In this document: one piece after another, positions 8,208 to 17,664 of the stretch | Numbering within the stretch: the first letter of the stretch is position 1 | How the letters are laid out: every line of letters begins with the position of its first letter | NCBI GenBank assembly: GCA_964609895.1 | Contig: CAZSTG010000001.1 | Location: forward strand, 59,202-123,201 | Length of the DNA stretch: 64,000 bases | DNA from: an uncultured Gammaproteobacteria bacterium | Lineage (GTDB): Bacteria > Patescibacteriota > Microgenomatia > UBA10105 > UBA927 | Direction of reading: 5' to 3' | Notes under the pieces: generated by a model | Seen by the model: the letters and a program-made list of their open reading frames with translations, nothing else | The model's database searches: none | What the model was told of the DNA's origin: nothing | Translations under genes and position numbers: made by a program

Positions 8208-11114
8208 GTGAGTAACACAACTTCTAAACGGATACTTAACACTGAACAGAAAAAGGCTGTTCATTTTGGGAATGGTCCGTTGCTCATCATTGCAGGTGCT
8301 GGTACTGGAAAAACAACCGTTGTTACTGAGCGTATTTTGTATCTTCTGGCAAGGAAGAAGGCAAAACCTGAGGAAATATTAGCCCTCACGTTTACAGAAA
8401 AAGCTGCACGAGAAATGGAAGAAAGAGTAGATCAGAAGCTTCCTTATGGTACGACCAAATTATGGATTTCTACCTTCCATGCATTTTGTGACCGGATAGT
8501 GAAAAATGATGGTCTGTCTGTTGGATTAAATCCCAATTTCAAACTCATGGGAGAAGCAGAAAGTATTCAGTTTTTTACCAAACATCTTTTTTCTTTCCAT
8601 CTTGATTATTTTCGTCCACTCGGCAATCCTACAAAATTCATTGCAGGAATGCTTCAACATTTCTCACGGCTTAAAGATGAGGATATCTCACCTCATGCGT
8701 ACAGTGAGTGGGTAGAGAAATTTCAAAAAAAAGCGAAAACAGAAGAAGAAAAAGAAGAAGGGAAAAAATATAAAGAACTGGCAGATGCATATAGAACATA
8801 TGAGGAGCTAAAAACAAAAGAAGGGCGCGCTGATTATGGAGATTTGATTGCACATACACTGACCATTCTTAGAACAAGGAAAAAAATTCTTTCACAGTAC
8901 CAACAACAATTTAAATATATATTAATTGATGAATTTCAGGATACAAATTTTGCGCAAAACGAACTCGCCATCCTCCTTGCAGGAAAAAGAAAAAATATCA
9001 CCGTGGTTGGAGACGATGATCAGGCAATTTACAGGTGGCGTGGCGCAGCAATTTCAAACATTATTCAATTTCGAAAACGATTTAAGGATACAAAAATTGT
9101 AGTTCTTACCAAAAACTATCGTTCAACACAGGAAATACTCAATCGTTCCTATGACCTCATTCAACATAACAATCCAGACAGGTTGGAGATTGTGGAAAAG
9201 ATAAACAAACAGCTGGAGTGTGTACGGCGAGTAAATGGGCAGCCGGTACAACTGTTGTATGCTGACCGAGTGGAAGATGAAGCAGAGCTAGTTGCGCATG
9301 AAATTCAGGAATTGGTAGAGAATGAGAAAAACAATATCACGTGGAAAGACATTGCGATTTTAGTACGAGCAAACACACATGCTGAACCATTCATTCGTGC
9401 GTTTGGAAGAACGGGTATTCCATTCCAATTTTTAGGTCCTGGACAGTTATTCAGACAACCAGAGGTAAAAGATATTATTGCATATTTACGATTGCTTACG
9501 AATATTCATGACAACATATCAATGTATCGCGTGCTCGTCATGGATGTATTTGGTATTTCCCCAAGGGATGTTGCAGAACTCGTTTCCCAAGCAAAACAAA
9601 ACACCATTTCTATCTTTAGTGCCTGTGAACAGTTTGCTTCAGTATTGTCTCAAGAAGGGAAACAAAAGATTGAAACAATGCTTTCCATGATACAAAGACA
9701 TTTGGGACTCATCAAAAAAGAAACAGCGGGACAGATTGCCTACTATTTCTTGTCTGATTCAGGGTTGTTGAAGGAGTATACAAAAATTGAAAGCAAGAAA
9801 GAGGAACAGAAGGCTGAAAATATTGCAAAATTCTTTGACAAGATAAAAACATATGAAGTGGATCATGAAGACGCAAGCGTGTTTGCCGTTGTTGAATGGC
9901 TGGATCTGGCAATGGACTTGGGTGAATCGCCACTTGCAACAAACAGCGATTGGGGAGAGGTGAATGCAGTGAACATATTAACAGTACACTCTGCAAAAGG
10001 TCTTGAGTTTCCCGTTGTGTTTATTATTAATCTTGTTGGTGCTCGGTTTCCCACAACGGAACGCCATGAACAAATTCCCATTCCCGATGAACTTGTCAAA
10101 GAGGTTTTACCAGTTGGAGACTATCATCTGGAGGAAGAACGGAGGCTGTTTTATGTTGCCATAACAAGGGCAAGAGACCGAGCATATCTTACTGCTGCAA
10201 AATATTACGGCGATGGAAAGCGTGAGAAGAAATTATCGCCATTTATTGCTGAATGTTTAGGAAACCAAGACGTAAAGACAGTCACAAAGACAGACGACAA
10301 AACTGACAATCAATTGTTTCTTTTAGATTGGGCAAAACCTGCAAAGAATACAGAGTCCAACGAAAAAATGATAGTTAAGCCAGTGTCGTATGTGTGGTAT
10401 ACCCATATCGAATCGTTCAGACGGTGTCCTCTGCAATACAAATACCGGTATGTTATCAAAATTCCTGTACCGACGTCAGCCGCGCTTTCATTTGGTGACA
10501 TCATTCACCGCTCCATGCAGGAGTTTTATAAGCGTGTGATTGCAGGAGAGAAAGTGTCTGAAAGCGCATTGCTCGCAATCTATGATGACGCATGGCGATC
10601 AAAGGGATTCATGAGCAAATCCTATGAAGATGAGATGAAAAAACACGGAGAAGAGTTGTTGTCCGAATACTACAAAAGAGGATATGACGCAAAAACCAAA
10701 ACGATTGCAGTGGAACAGGCGTTTAAGATAAAAATTACGAAAGACATCACTCTCGGTGGAAAAATCGACAGGGTGGACAGGCGGACGGACGGAACATTGG
10801 AAATCATTGATTACAAAACGGGAGCTGCGCCAAAAAAACGTGATCCGCAGGAAGACTTTCAGCTTTCCATCTATGCGCTCGCTGCAACAGACAAAGGTGT
10901 ATATGATATGGCGGCAGAAAAAATGCTTGTTTCGTTTTATTTCTTTGAGGGGCAGGAACGCGTCTCTGGTACGCGGACAAAAGAACAGTTGGAGGCAGTG
11001 AAAGAGGAAATTATTACCGCTGCAAATGAGATTAACAAAAGCCAGTTTTTACCGACCCCCGGTATGCATTGTGCATTTTGTGAATTCCGACTTCTCTGTG
11101 AAGCGTGGAAATAA
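8208..11114 (+). CDS. UvrD/PcrA-family SF1 helicase fused to a C-terminal Cas4/RecB-like PD-(D/E)XK nuclease domain with a Cys cluster
   Basis: N-terminus: LNTEQKKAVHFGNGPLLIIAGAGTGKTTV (Walker A), ILIDEFQDTNFAQ (motif II), VGDDDQAIYRWRGA, KNYRS, LTVHSAKGLEFPVVFI, AITRARDRAY. C-terminus: ...YTHIESFRRCPLQYKYRY...IIDYKTG...GMHCAFCEFRLLCEAW (Cas4/AddB-type nuclease with 4 Cys). A GTG start was used in the track. Confidence 0.85.
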   Translation: MSNTTSKRILNTEQKKAVHFGNGPLLIIAGAGTGKTTVVTERILYLLARKKAKPEEILALTFTEKAAREMEERVDQKLPYGTTKLWISTFHAFCDRIVKNDGLSVGLNPNFKLMGEAESIQFFTKHLFSFHLDYFRPLGNPTKFIAGMLQHFSRLKDEDISPHAYSEWVEKFQKKAKTEEEKEEGKKYKELADAYRTYEELKTKEGRADYGDLIAHTLTILRTRKKILSQYQQQFKYILIDEFQDTNFAQNELAILLAGKRKNITVVGDDDQAIYRWRGAAISNIIQFRKRFKDTKIVVLTKNYRSTQEILNRSYDLIQHNNPDRLEIVEKINKQLECVRRVNGQPVQLLYADRVEDEAELVAHEIQELVENEKNNITWKDIAILVRANTHAEPFIRAFGRTGIPFQFLGPGQLFRQPEVKDIIAYLRLLTNIHDNISMYRVLVMDVFGISPRDVAELVSQAKQNTISIFSACEQFASVLSQEGKQKIETMLSMIQRHLGLIKKETAGQIAYYFLSDSGLLKEYTKIESKKEEQKAENIAKFFDKIKTYEVDHEDASVFAVVEWLDLAMDLGESPLATNSDWGEVNAVNILTVHSAKGLEFPVVFIINLVGARFPTTERHEQIPIPDELVKEVLPVGDYHLEEERRLFYVAITRARDRAYLTAAKYYGDGKREKKLSPFIAECLGNQDVKTVTKTDDKTDNQLFLLDWAKPAKNTESNEKMIVKPVSYVWYTHIESFRRCPLQYKYRYVIKIPVPTSAALSFGDIIHRSMQEFYKRVIAGEKVSESALLAIYDDAWRSKGFMSKSYEDEMKKHGEELLSEYYKRGYDAKTKTIAVEQAFKIKITKDITLGGKIDRVDRRTDGTLEIIDYKTGAAPKKRDPQEDFQLSIYALAATDKGVYDMAAEKMLVSFYFFEGQERVSGTRTKEQLEAVKEEIITAANEINKSQFLPTPGMHCAFCEFRLLCEAWK

Positions 11115-11172
11115 CGTCGGTTGACAAAACAGAAACATACCTTTACGTTAGATATAAAGGGGAAATAGGTTT

Positions 11173-12006
11173 ATGCTGTTGCATACAGACCATCTAAAAA
11201 AACATTCGTTTTTTTCTCTATTTTTTGCTATTTTCGGCGCGATGATTAGTGTGGCCGTCATCGTATCGTTGTTTATAGCGATGAAACAAAATACGGAAAT
11301 ACGGTCACGGGCTGCAACAGGAGAAAGAACAACAATAAAATCATGGACGTTTGACACATCCGTTGAAGGTTGGAAAAACACGTCGAGAGCGGGAAAATTA
11401 GAAGCAATTGACAAATATCTTGTTTTTCAGTTAAACCATACCGGCTCAATGCGTATTCAGAAGGCAGAGAAAATTATATTGCCTGAAGGGAATAAATATA
11501 TTCGTTTTTCCACGGTTATTCAAAAACAAAAAGCCGCCACAGAAACAAAAGTAAACAATAAAGAATCAGTTGTTTCAGAGGGTGGGGGAGGACCGTGTTC
11601 GGCAACCAGAACATGTCCAGCTGGATATGCATGTGTCAATGTGGATTCGGCAGGATCAGAAAATTATCGATGTCTTGGAATACAACCTACTGACGCCGTC
11701 ACACGCATTTCTATGATACTGAAAATGATAGTGAACAAACCGGCAAAATCAACTAAAGAAAGTCTGATTTCCGTTCCTGTCGAATTGACTGCAGACGGTG
11801 AATATCATACATACGATATATTGATCCCGAACAACATCAACAGCATGACTTTGCGGTACTTGATTTTTGAATTCGCCGACAGCAAAAAAGCAGTACCCCC
11901 GCAAATAGTAAAAATTGACAATGTTGCATTGGAATTGCTTCCGATAGTCCGAAAAGTTACCCCGACAGCCTTACCTCTTATCAACGATGAGCGGACGGCT
12001 CATTAA
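11173..12006 (+). CDS. Secreted or N-terminally anchored hypothetical protein carrying the shared 'EIRSRAA' N-terminal motif. Member of the local surface-protein family.
   Basis: N-terminal TM helix (FFSLFFAIFGAMISVAVIVSLFIAM) followed by KQNTEIRSRAAT, then a small Cys-rich block (CSATRTCPAGYACVN...YRCLG). No C-terminal anchor. Confidence 0.6.
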   Translation: MLLHTDHLKKHSFFSLFFAIFGAMISVAVIVSLFIAMKQNTEIRSRAATGERTTIKSWTFDTSVEGWKNTSRAGKLEAIDKYLVFQLNHTGSMRIQKAEKIILPEGNKYIRFSTVIQKQKAATETKVNNKESVVSEGGGGPCSATRTCPAGYACVNVDSAGSENYRCLGIQPTDAVTRISMILKMIVNKPAKSTKESLISVPVELTADGEYHTYDILIPNNINSMTLRYLIFEFADSKKAVPPQIVKIDNVALELLPIVRKVTPTALPLINDERTAH

Positions 12007-12055
12007 CCGGTGAGTCAGTGAGAATGTCCAAAAAGACAGTGGGGAGGGAAGTGCA

Positions 12056-12889
12056 TTATTTTTGAACAATCGGATAATATATGGCAGTTCCGCCGAATCC
12101 TTCCTTGAATTTGGTAAACCCCTTCCACTGACGATATTGTTTTGGTGTGCGTTCATCCCAAACACCCACAAAATCAAATTGTCTGCATCGTTTTGCATGG
12201 GCAAACTTTAAGGCCTCCCAAACAAGAAGCGTTGGTGCAAACATGTGTTTTCCTTTTTTGGTCGCCCCTGCTATCCAGTAATAACACGTGTCACCAGAGA
12301 GAAGAAGAAGTACACCTCCGACAATGATATCTTTTTCGGTTTTTGCAAGAAGAATATGTGCCTGCTTTTTTATATGAAAAATATTCCATAATCGGTCAAT
12401 GCCATATGTAGTTATGCCCCCAAACATTCCGGCTGATTTGTTTTTTATTGCAATGAGATCCTGAATATTGTCTGATGGAAGAATAGAAATCCCGTATTTT
12501 TCCGCACGCCTCACTGCTCTGCGCTTAGCGGGCGTCATGGAAGAAAACATGTGTTCCTCCGAAGGAGTCACGTCAACACACATAGTTTTTGTTGGAAGAA
12601 ACGGTGAAGTTATGATTTTGAAAAATTTTGAAAGTGAACGGATATAGTTTGTAAAAAACGTAGGATTTTCGTCCGCTTTTGCCTCAACAAGAAGTGTGCG
12701 TACATGAAGCTTTTGCAGAAAAGGAATGAGTTTCGGAATATACGGAAGATGTTCCGGTCGCTGTATCTTTGCCATGACGCCGACGAAAGGGAGATGTTTA
12801 TAAAAAACCGCAACATCGTCAATGGTCTGTACCGACCACCCAAGGGATAGAATATATTGCCGATACAAAGGGGTCTGTTGTACTTCCAT
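12056..12889 (-). CDS. FemAB-family aminoacyl-tRNA-dependent peptidyltransferase (peptidoglycan interpeptide bridge formation), copy 2
   Basis: FemAB/MurM-like sequence (...DIIVGGVLLLLSGDTCYYWIAGATKKGKHMFAPTLLVWEALKFAHAKRCRQFDFVGVW...). The start is reset to ATG 12887-12889 (MEVQQTPLYRQY), immediately after the stop of the upstream paralogue. Confidence 0.75.
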   Translation of the reverse strand: MEVQQTPLYRQYILSLGWSVQTIDDVAVFYKHLPFVGVMAKIQRPEHLPYIPKLIPFLQKLHVRTLLVEAKADENPTFFTNYIRSLSKFFKIITSPFLPTKTMCVDVTPSEEHMFSSMTPAKRRAVRRAEKYGISILPSDNIQDLIAIKNKSAGMFGGITTYGIDRLWNIFHIKKQAHILLAKTEKDIIVGGVLLLLSGDTCYYWIAGATKKGKHMFAPTLLVWEALKFAHAKRCRQFDFVGVWDERTPKQYRQWKGFTKFKEGFGGTAIYYPIVQK

Positions 12890-12890
12890 A

Positions 12891-13820
12891 CTAGGTAAGA
12901 AGTTTGAGCAGTGTCCATCGTGCGGCGTCTGCAAACCTGTAGAGTTGGTAGAGAAACGGTCTGAGAACGAGGTCATAAGATCCGATAAACGTGACATGTT
13001 TGGGATTATATCCGGTTTTAAACCTGTGAAATCCATACCATGGATCTTTCTCGTCCGGTTTCGGCCCCATTGCGCCCCAGAGATCAAAGGTGGTGCATTG
13101 TTTTTGTTTTCCCCATTTCATAAGCTCCCATAAAAGCAGATTTGGCGCCATGACTTCCCGATGATTTCTTGAGGATGCGCCGTAGGGATAATACATGACA
13201 CCGTCGTAGACGAAGAGAATCCATGCGGCAAGCGTTTCACCTTTGTATGTTGCCGTGAACAGATGGGCAATGCCGGCATCGTACATAATACGCCACATGG
13301 TTTTATGATACAGAGGACTATGTGCATAGAATTTTTGCCGTTCTGTCGTTTCTTTTTCAAGTCTGAGATATTCAGAAAATGCGATATCAGTGTTATCCTC
13401 CTGAATTTTTACCCCATGTTTTTCTGCAAGTCTAATGTTATACCTAGTTTTTGGATGCATCGCGGCAAGTAAATCTGACTCTGATTTGGTCAGGTCGAGT
13501 ATATAGGTATATTTTGTAAATAATGGGTGATGCGACGGTCGGATTGATTTTAAATTCTTTATTCCAGATTCTTTATTCTCCAGTATGTTTGGTTCAAACT
13601 GGATATAGATCGCATTATGTTTTTTCCCTGCAGTAATTGCTTCCTTCATCATTGTGTGTGTGATCATTGGACCTTTTGGCATATATCCGATAGTCCAAGC
13701 AGTATGCGGAATGTTGTGGAACGAAATATATCCCGAAGAAATCTTTTCGGTGGCGATACCCATGGCGGTACGGAAATCAGCCCAAGCGGCGGTTTGTAAC
13801 GGGTGTACCGGAGATCTCAT
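12891..13820 (-). CDS. FemAB-family peptidyltransferase (FemX/MurM-like), copy 1
   Basis: MRSPVHPLQTAAWADF (classic FemAB N-terminus)...AAWILFVYDGVMYYPYGASS...MAPNLLLWELMKWGKQKQCTTFDLWG. Confidence 0.8.
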   Translation of the reverse strand: MRSPVHPLQTAAWADFRTAMGIATEKISSGYISFHNIPHTAWTIGYMPKGPMITHTMMKEAITAGKKHNAIYIQFEPNILENKESGIKNLKSIRPSHHPLFTKYTYILDLTKSESDLLAAMHPKTRYNIRLAEKHGVKIQEDNTDIAFSEYLRLEKETTERQKFYAHSPLYHKTMWRIMYDAGIAHLFTATYKGETLAAWILFVYDGVMYYPYGASSRNHREVMAPNLLLWELMKWGKQKQCTTFDLWGAMGPKPDEKDPWYGFHRFKTGYNPKHVTFIGSYDLVLRPFLYQLYRFADAARWTLLKLLT

Positions 13821-14073
13821 ACTGGTATTATCGCGTTTTTTTTGATGTGTTACAATAGTAACAGCTTATGAAGAAACGTTCGCTCCCACGACGAAAAGCT
13901 TCAAGAAACGATAGATCGTTTACTCCCTTTATTGATCATAGGATTTTTCCGGATATTATTTCGTTCCATTATGTAAAAGGTCCGTTGCGGCTGTTTCTGC
14001 AGATAGAAATTGTTCTTGCCCTGTTGGTTGTGATTGGTTCCTGTGCCGTGCTTATCCTCAATGCAGTATCTGG

Positions 14074-15939
14074 TTAAAGAAGCAGGTCATCCTCCCGAAA
14101 GCCCCATGATGCATCAATAGATACGTGCCGTTCCATAAGTGTTTCGGGAATATCTGCAACAAATCGGGAAACCATGTTTTGTGTTCTGGTTCCAAAAAAG
14201 AGCCTGCGGTTTGCATACGTAAGATACAACTGTTCTTTTGCCCTTGTTACCGCAACATAACAGAGTCTGCGTTCTTCCTCCAGTTCATCTTTGTCCATGA
14301 GTGATCTGCTGTGTGGAAACAATCCTTCTTCCATGCCGACAATACATACAATCGGAAATTCCAGACCTTTGGCAGCGTGCATGGTCATAAGGGTAACCGC
14401 TTTTTTGTTCTCTTCCTTGGAAGATGTTTTCCGTTTAGCCGGTTGATCTTCAAGCAGTGCAACAACCTCCAAAAACTCCGGAAGTGTCGGATATTCCGCT
14501 GCAACCGAACGGAGTTCTTTGATGTTTTCCAGTCTACTGGCTTCTTCCTCGACGTTTTGATCATAGAGGGAGAGGTACTCTGTTTTATCCAGAATCTGAT
14601 CCATGAGTTGCAGTGTTGTGTCTTTGATGAGTTTTTCATCACAGGAAACATCCGCTTGATAAGCGAGAAATTTTGCGAGTCTACCCTTTCCGAGTTTTTC
14701 TACCCGTTTATAGGAAACAGTATCTTTCGGATTGGCAAGCAATTTCAGATATGCAAGGACATCCTTGATTTCCTTCCGCTCATAAAATCTGGTGCCACCG
14801 ACGAGCGTATAGGGTATACCTGCGTGTAAAAAAGCTTCCTCAATAGTTCTTGACTGTGCATTTGTGCGATAGAGAACTGCAAAGTCGGTATATGGCCGGT
14901 GTGACTGGAGGATGGTGGTGACAAGAAACAGTGCCTCATCATGTTCGGTTCTCGCCTCATACAAGACAATGGATGCGCCTGCCGGTTTTTCTGTCCAGAG
15001 CTTCAGGATCGGGTGGGAGGTATTTTTGGAAATCACATTCGTGGCTGCGTCCAAAATATTCTGCGTAGAACGGTAATTCTGTTCCAAATGAAACTCCTTT
15101 GTTTCCTTGTAGTCTTTTTTAAAATTGGTGATGTTGGTAAAATCAGCACCTCTGAATTTATAAATACTTTGCGAAGCATCCCCGACAATCGTGATATTCC
15201 TATACCGCTTTGCCAATTGTTTCGTGATGGTGTACTGTGCGCGATTGGTGTCTTGGTATTCGTCGATGAGAATGTAGCGGTATTGCTCCTGATACCCGCC
15301 GAGTATAGCAGGATGTTTTTCAAATAGCTCAACGGTTTTCATAAGCAAATCATCAAAATCAAGTGCGTTGTTTTCCATAAGTTTTTTTTGATACAGGAGA
15401 TAGATACGTGCAACACTTTCCTGAAAAAATCCACGTGCATATTGTGGATATTCCAGCGGCCCGATGAGCTCGTTTTTCGCCTGCGAAATAGTCGCAAGAG
15501 CGGCATGCGGATTGACCTCTTTGACGGAAATAGCCGCCTCCTTCATGACGTCCTTTACCGCATCGAGCTGATCCTGACTGTCATAGATGGTAAAATTAAC
15601 CGGAATACCGATGGCATTTCCTTTGTTTCGTAATACCTTTGCGCAGAAAGAATGAAATGTTCCCGCAAACGGCAGATCGGTTTTGGTACCGAGAAGTTTT
15701 GCTATACGCTCCTTCATTTCGCCCGCCGCCTTGTTGGTGAATGTCACCATGAGAACAGAAGTCGGGTCAACATGATGTTCCTGAATGAGATACGCTACCT
15801 TAAACGTAAGGACGCGCGTTTTGCCGCTTCCGGCACCCGCCAAAATGAGAATCGGTCCGTCTGTTGCCAGTACTGCTTTTTGCTGATCTGTGTTTAATTC
15901 ATTGAGGAGACCCGTTCCCATAGAGTATAATCTTATCAT
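14074..15939 (-). CDS. pcrA: ATP-dependent DNA helicase PcrA/UvrD
   Basis: LNTDQQKAVLATDGPILILAGAGSGKTRVLTFKVAYL...YILIDEYQDTN...IVGDASQSIYKFRGAD...NYRST...LMTMHAAKGLEFPIVCI...AVTRAKEQLYLT. The start is ATG at 15939 (MIRLYSMG) or 15921 (MGTGLL). Confidence 0.9.
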   Translation of the reverse strand: MIRLYSMGTGLLNELNTDQQKAVLATDGPILILAGAGSGKTRVLTFKVAYLIQEHHVDPTSVLMVTFTNKAAGEMKERIAKLLGTKTDLPFAGTFHSFCAKVLRNKGNAIGIPVNFTIYDSQDQLDAVKDVMKEAAISVKEVNPHAALATISQAKNELIGPLEYPQYARGFFQESVARIYLLYQKKLMENNALDFDDLLMKTVELFEKHPAILGGYQEQYRYILIDEYQDTNRAQYTITKQLAKRYRNITIVGDASQSIYKFRGADFTNITNFKKDYKETKEFHLEQNYRSTQNILDAATNVISKNTSHPILKLWTEKPAGASIVLYEARTEHDEALFLVTTILQSHRPYTDFAVLYRTNAQSRTIEEAFLHAGIPYTLVGGTRFYERKEIKDVLAYLKLLANPKDTVSYKRVEKLGKGRLAKFLAYQADVSCDEKLIKDTTLQLMDQILDKTEYLSLYDQNVEEEASRLENIKELRSVAAEYPTLPEFLEVVALLEDQPAKRKTSSKEENKKAVTLMTMHAAKGLEFPIVCIVGMEEGLFPHSRSLMDKDELEEERRLCYVAVTRAKEQLYLTYANRRLFFGTRTQNMVSRFVADIPETLMERHVSIDASWGFREDDLLL

Positions 15940-15940
15940 A

Positions 15941-16600
15941 ATGACTCCTCCGTTTTTGATCGGAAACTGGAAAAGCAACATGACGGTAGTCGCAATGCAG
16001 GAATGGTTTTCATTGTATCGTCCAGCTCCCCATATCACCACTGTGCTGTGTGTTCCGTTTACATTGTTGTCATCCGCAGCCGCAGTAATTCAGGAAAAAC
16101 AATTGGGGATTTTTTTGGGTGCTCAGGATGTGTCTCCATTTGGGAACGGACCATATACAGGGGAAATCAGCGCAGATATGATTCGGGAATTTGCCACGTA
16201 TGTGCTGGTGGGACATTCCGAACGAAGACAATATTTTAATGAATCCGCGGAAGAACTTGCATTCCAGTCATTGCAGGCAAAAACAGCCGGACTTACTGTT
16301 ATATACTGCACAAGTGATGCGTCGGAAGTGTTGCCAAAGTCGATTGATCTAGTAGCATATGAACCGGTGGAAGCTATCGGAACTGGAATGCCGGAAGATC
16401 TAGATACAATCCGGTCAGTGTGTTCCAATTTCAGGAAACTGTCAGGAAAACCCGTTATGTATGGGGGAAGCGTTACGGATGAAACGCTCACAAGTATTGT
16501 AAAAACCAATGCTGTCGACGGTCTGTTGGTGGGTGGCGCAAGTCTGGATCCCGAAAAGTTTTCGGCGATTGGGGAACTATACACCAATATGCTTATATGA
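15941..16600 (+). CDS. tpiA: Triosephosphate isomerase
   Basis: MTPPFLIGNWKSNMT...YVLVGHSERRQYF...AYEPVEAIGTG...GGSV. Start ATG 15941, head-to-head and 2-20 bp from the pcrA start. Confidence 0.88.
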   Translation: MTPPFLIGNWKSNMTVVAMQEWFSLYRPAPHITTVLCVPFTLLSSAAAVIQEKQLGIFLGAQDVSPFGNGPYTGEISADMIREFATYVLVGHSERRQYFNESAEELAFQSLQAKTAGLTVIYCTSDASEVLPKSIDLVAYEPVEAIGTGMPEDLDTIRSVCSNFRKLSGKPVMYGGSVTDETLTSIVKTNAVDGLLVGGASLDPEKFSAIGELYTNMLI

Positions 16601-17613
16601 GACGCAGATCATTTTCCATTGCAAGTGCCGTTGTTTTTTTGTCGCTGGTCATAGTGCTAGTGTTTGGTGTTGTAAAACTGGTGAAATTGAATACAGACTT
16701 TTCCAAAAATACGGGATTGAGTTTGGTAACGATAGGAAAACTTCTTTTAGACGGGGGCGCACCACTGAAAACAACGGACGACAGGGTGAATATTCTCTTG
16801 CTTGGTATGGCGGGAGGTATCCATGATGGTCCCGATTTGACCGATACTATTCTCATCGTGTCCTTCGAAACAAAAAAAAGGAGCATATCACTGTTATCAC
16901 TTCCTCGTGACATCTGGTCTGACGCATTGAAAGACAAGATAAACAGCGCATACCATTACGGCGAAGTAAAAAAAACAGGAGGCGGCATTGTACTTGCACG
17001 CGCGATCATGGAAGACGTGACAGGTCTGCCCATGCATTATGTGGTGACACTGGATTTTACACAGTTTGAAAATCTTATTGATGTCGTCGGTGGGATTGAT
17101 GTAAACGTCGCCAGTGCCTTTACCGATACGGAATTTCCGATTGCAGGGAAGGAAAATGACGAATGCGACGGCGATCCGAATTATGCATGCCGGTATGAAA
17201 CAATTCAGTTTGCATCAGGAATACAGCATATGGACGGGGCAACGGCACTTAAATATGTACGAAGCAGACATGCGGAAGGGGATGAGGGAACGGATTTTGC
17301 CAGAGGAAGAAGACAGCAGGATGTTATTTTGGCGCTCAAGGAAAAAATCATGAATTTGCGGCCATGGTTTCACCCATCTGTTGCCAAAAAATTGCTTGCT
17401 GCCGCTGATACGGCGACAGATACGGATATGACCATTGGAGAACAATTAACGATAGGTAAAAAGGCATTACAGGTATCCGGATCGATGCAGAAGATTTCCA
17501 TTGAACATCTGTTGACTGTTCCGCCGGCATGGTTGTACGGCAGATATGTCCTTGTTCCAGAGACAGATTACGATACGGTGCATGCATATATACGGCAGGA
17601 ACTTCTCAAATAA
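16597..17613 (+). CDS. LytR-CpsA-Psr (LCP) family cell-envelope phosphotransferase
   Basis: N-terminal TM helix, then ...NILLLGMAGGIHDGPDLTDTILIVSF...SLLSLPRDIW...VVTLDFTQFENLIDVVGGIDV. ATGA overlap with the tpiA stop. Confidence 0.85.
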   Translation: MRRRSFSIASAVVFLSLVIVLVFGVVKLVKLNTDFSKNTGLSLVTIGKLLLDGGAPLKTTDDRVNILLLGMAGGIHDGPDLTDTILIVSFETKKRSISLLSLPRDIWSDALKDKINSAYHYGEVKKTGGGIVLARAIMEDVTGLPMHYVVTLDFTQFENLIDVVGGIDVNVASAFTDTEFPIAGKENDECDGDPNYACRYETIQFASGIQHMDGATALKYVRSRHAEGDEGTDFARGRRQQDVILALKEKIMNLRPWFHPSVAKKLLAAADTATDTDMTIGEQLTIGKKALQVSGSMQKISIEHLLTVPPAWLYGRYVLVPETDYDTVHAYIRQELLK

Positions 17614-17664
17614 ACCTCATACACATGGTGAATTCTTGGGGCACCATTCGGAAGGCCACAGGTA

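Noticed and set aside
13868-14077. 69-aa plus-strand ORF in the 250-bp gap between femAB and pcrA
   Set aside because: No RBS or promoter context, and it overlaps the likely pcrA 3' end/terminator region. The gap more likely holds the femAB promoter.
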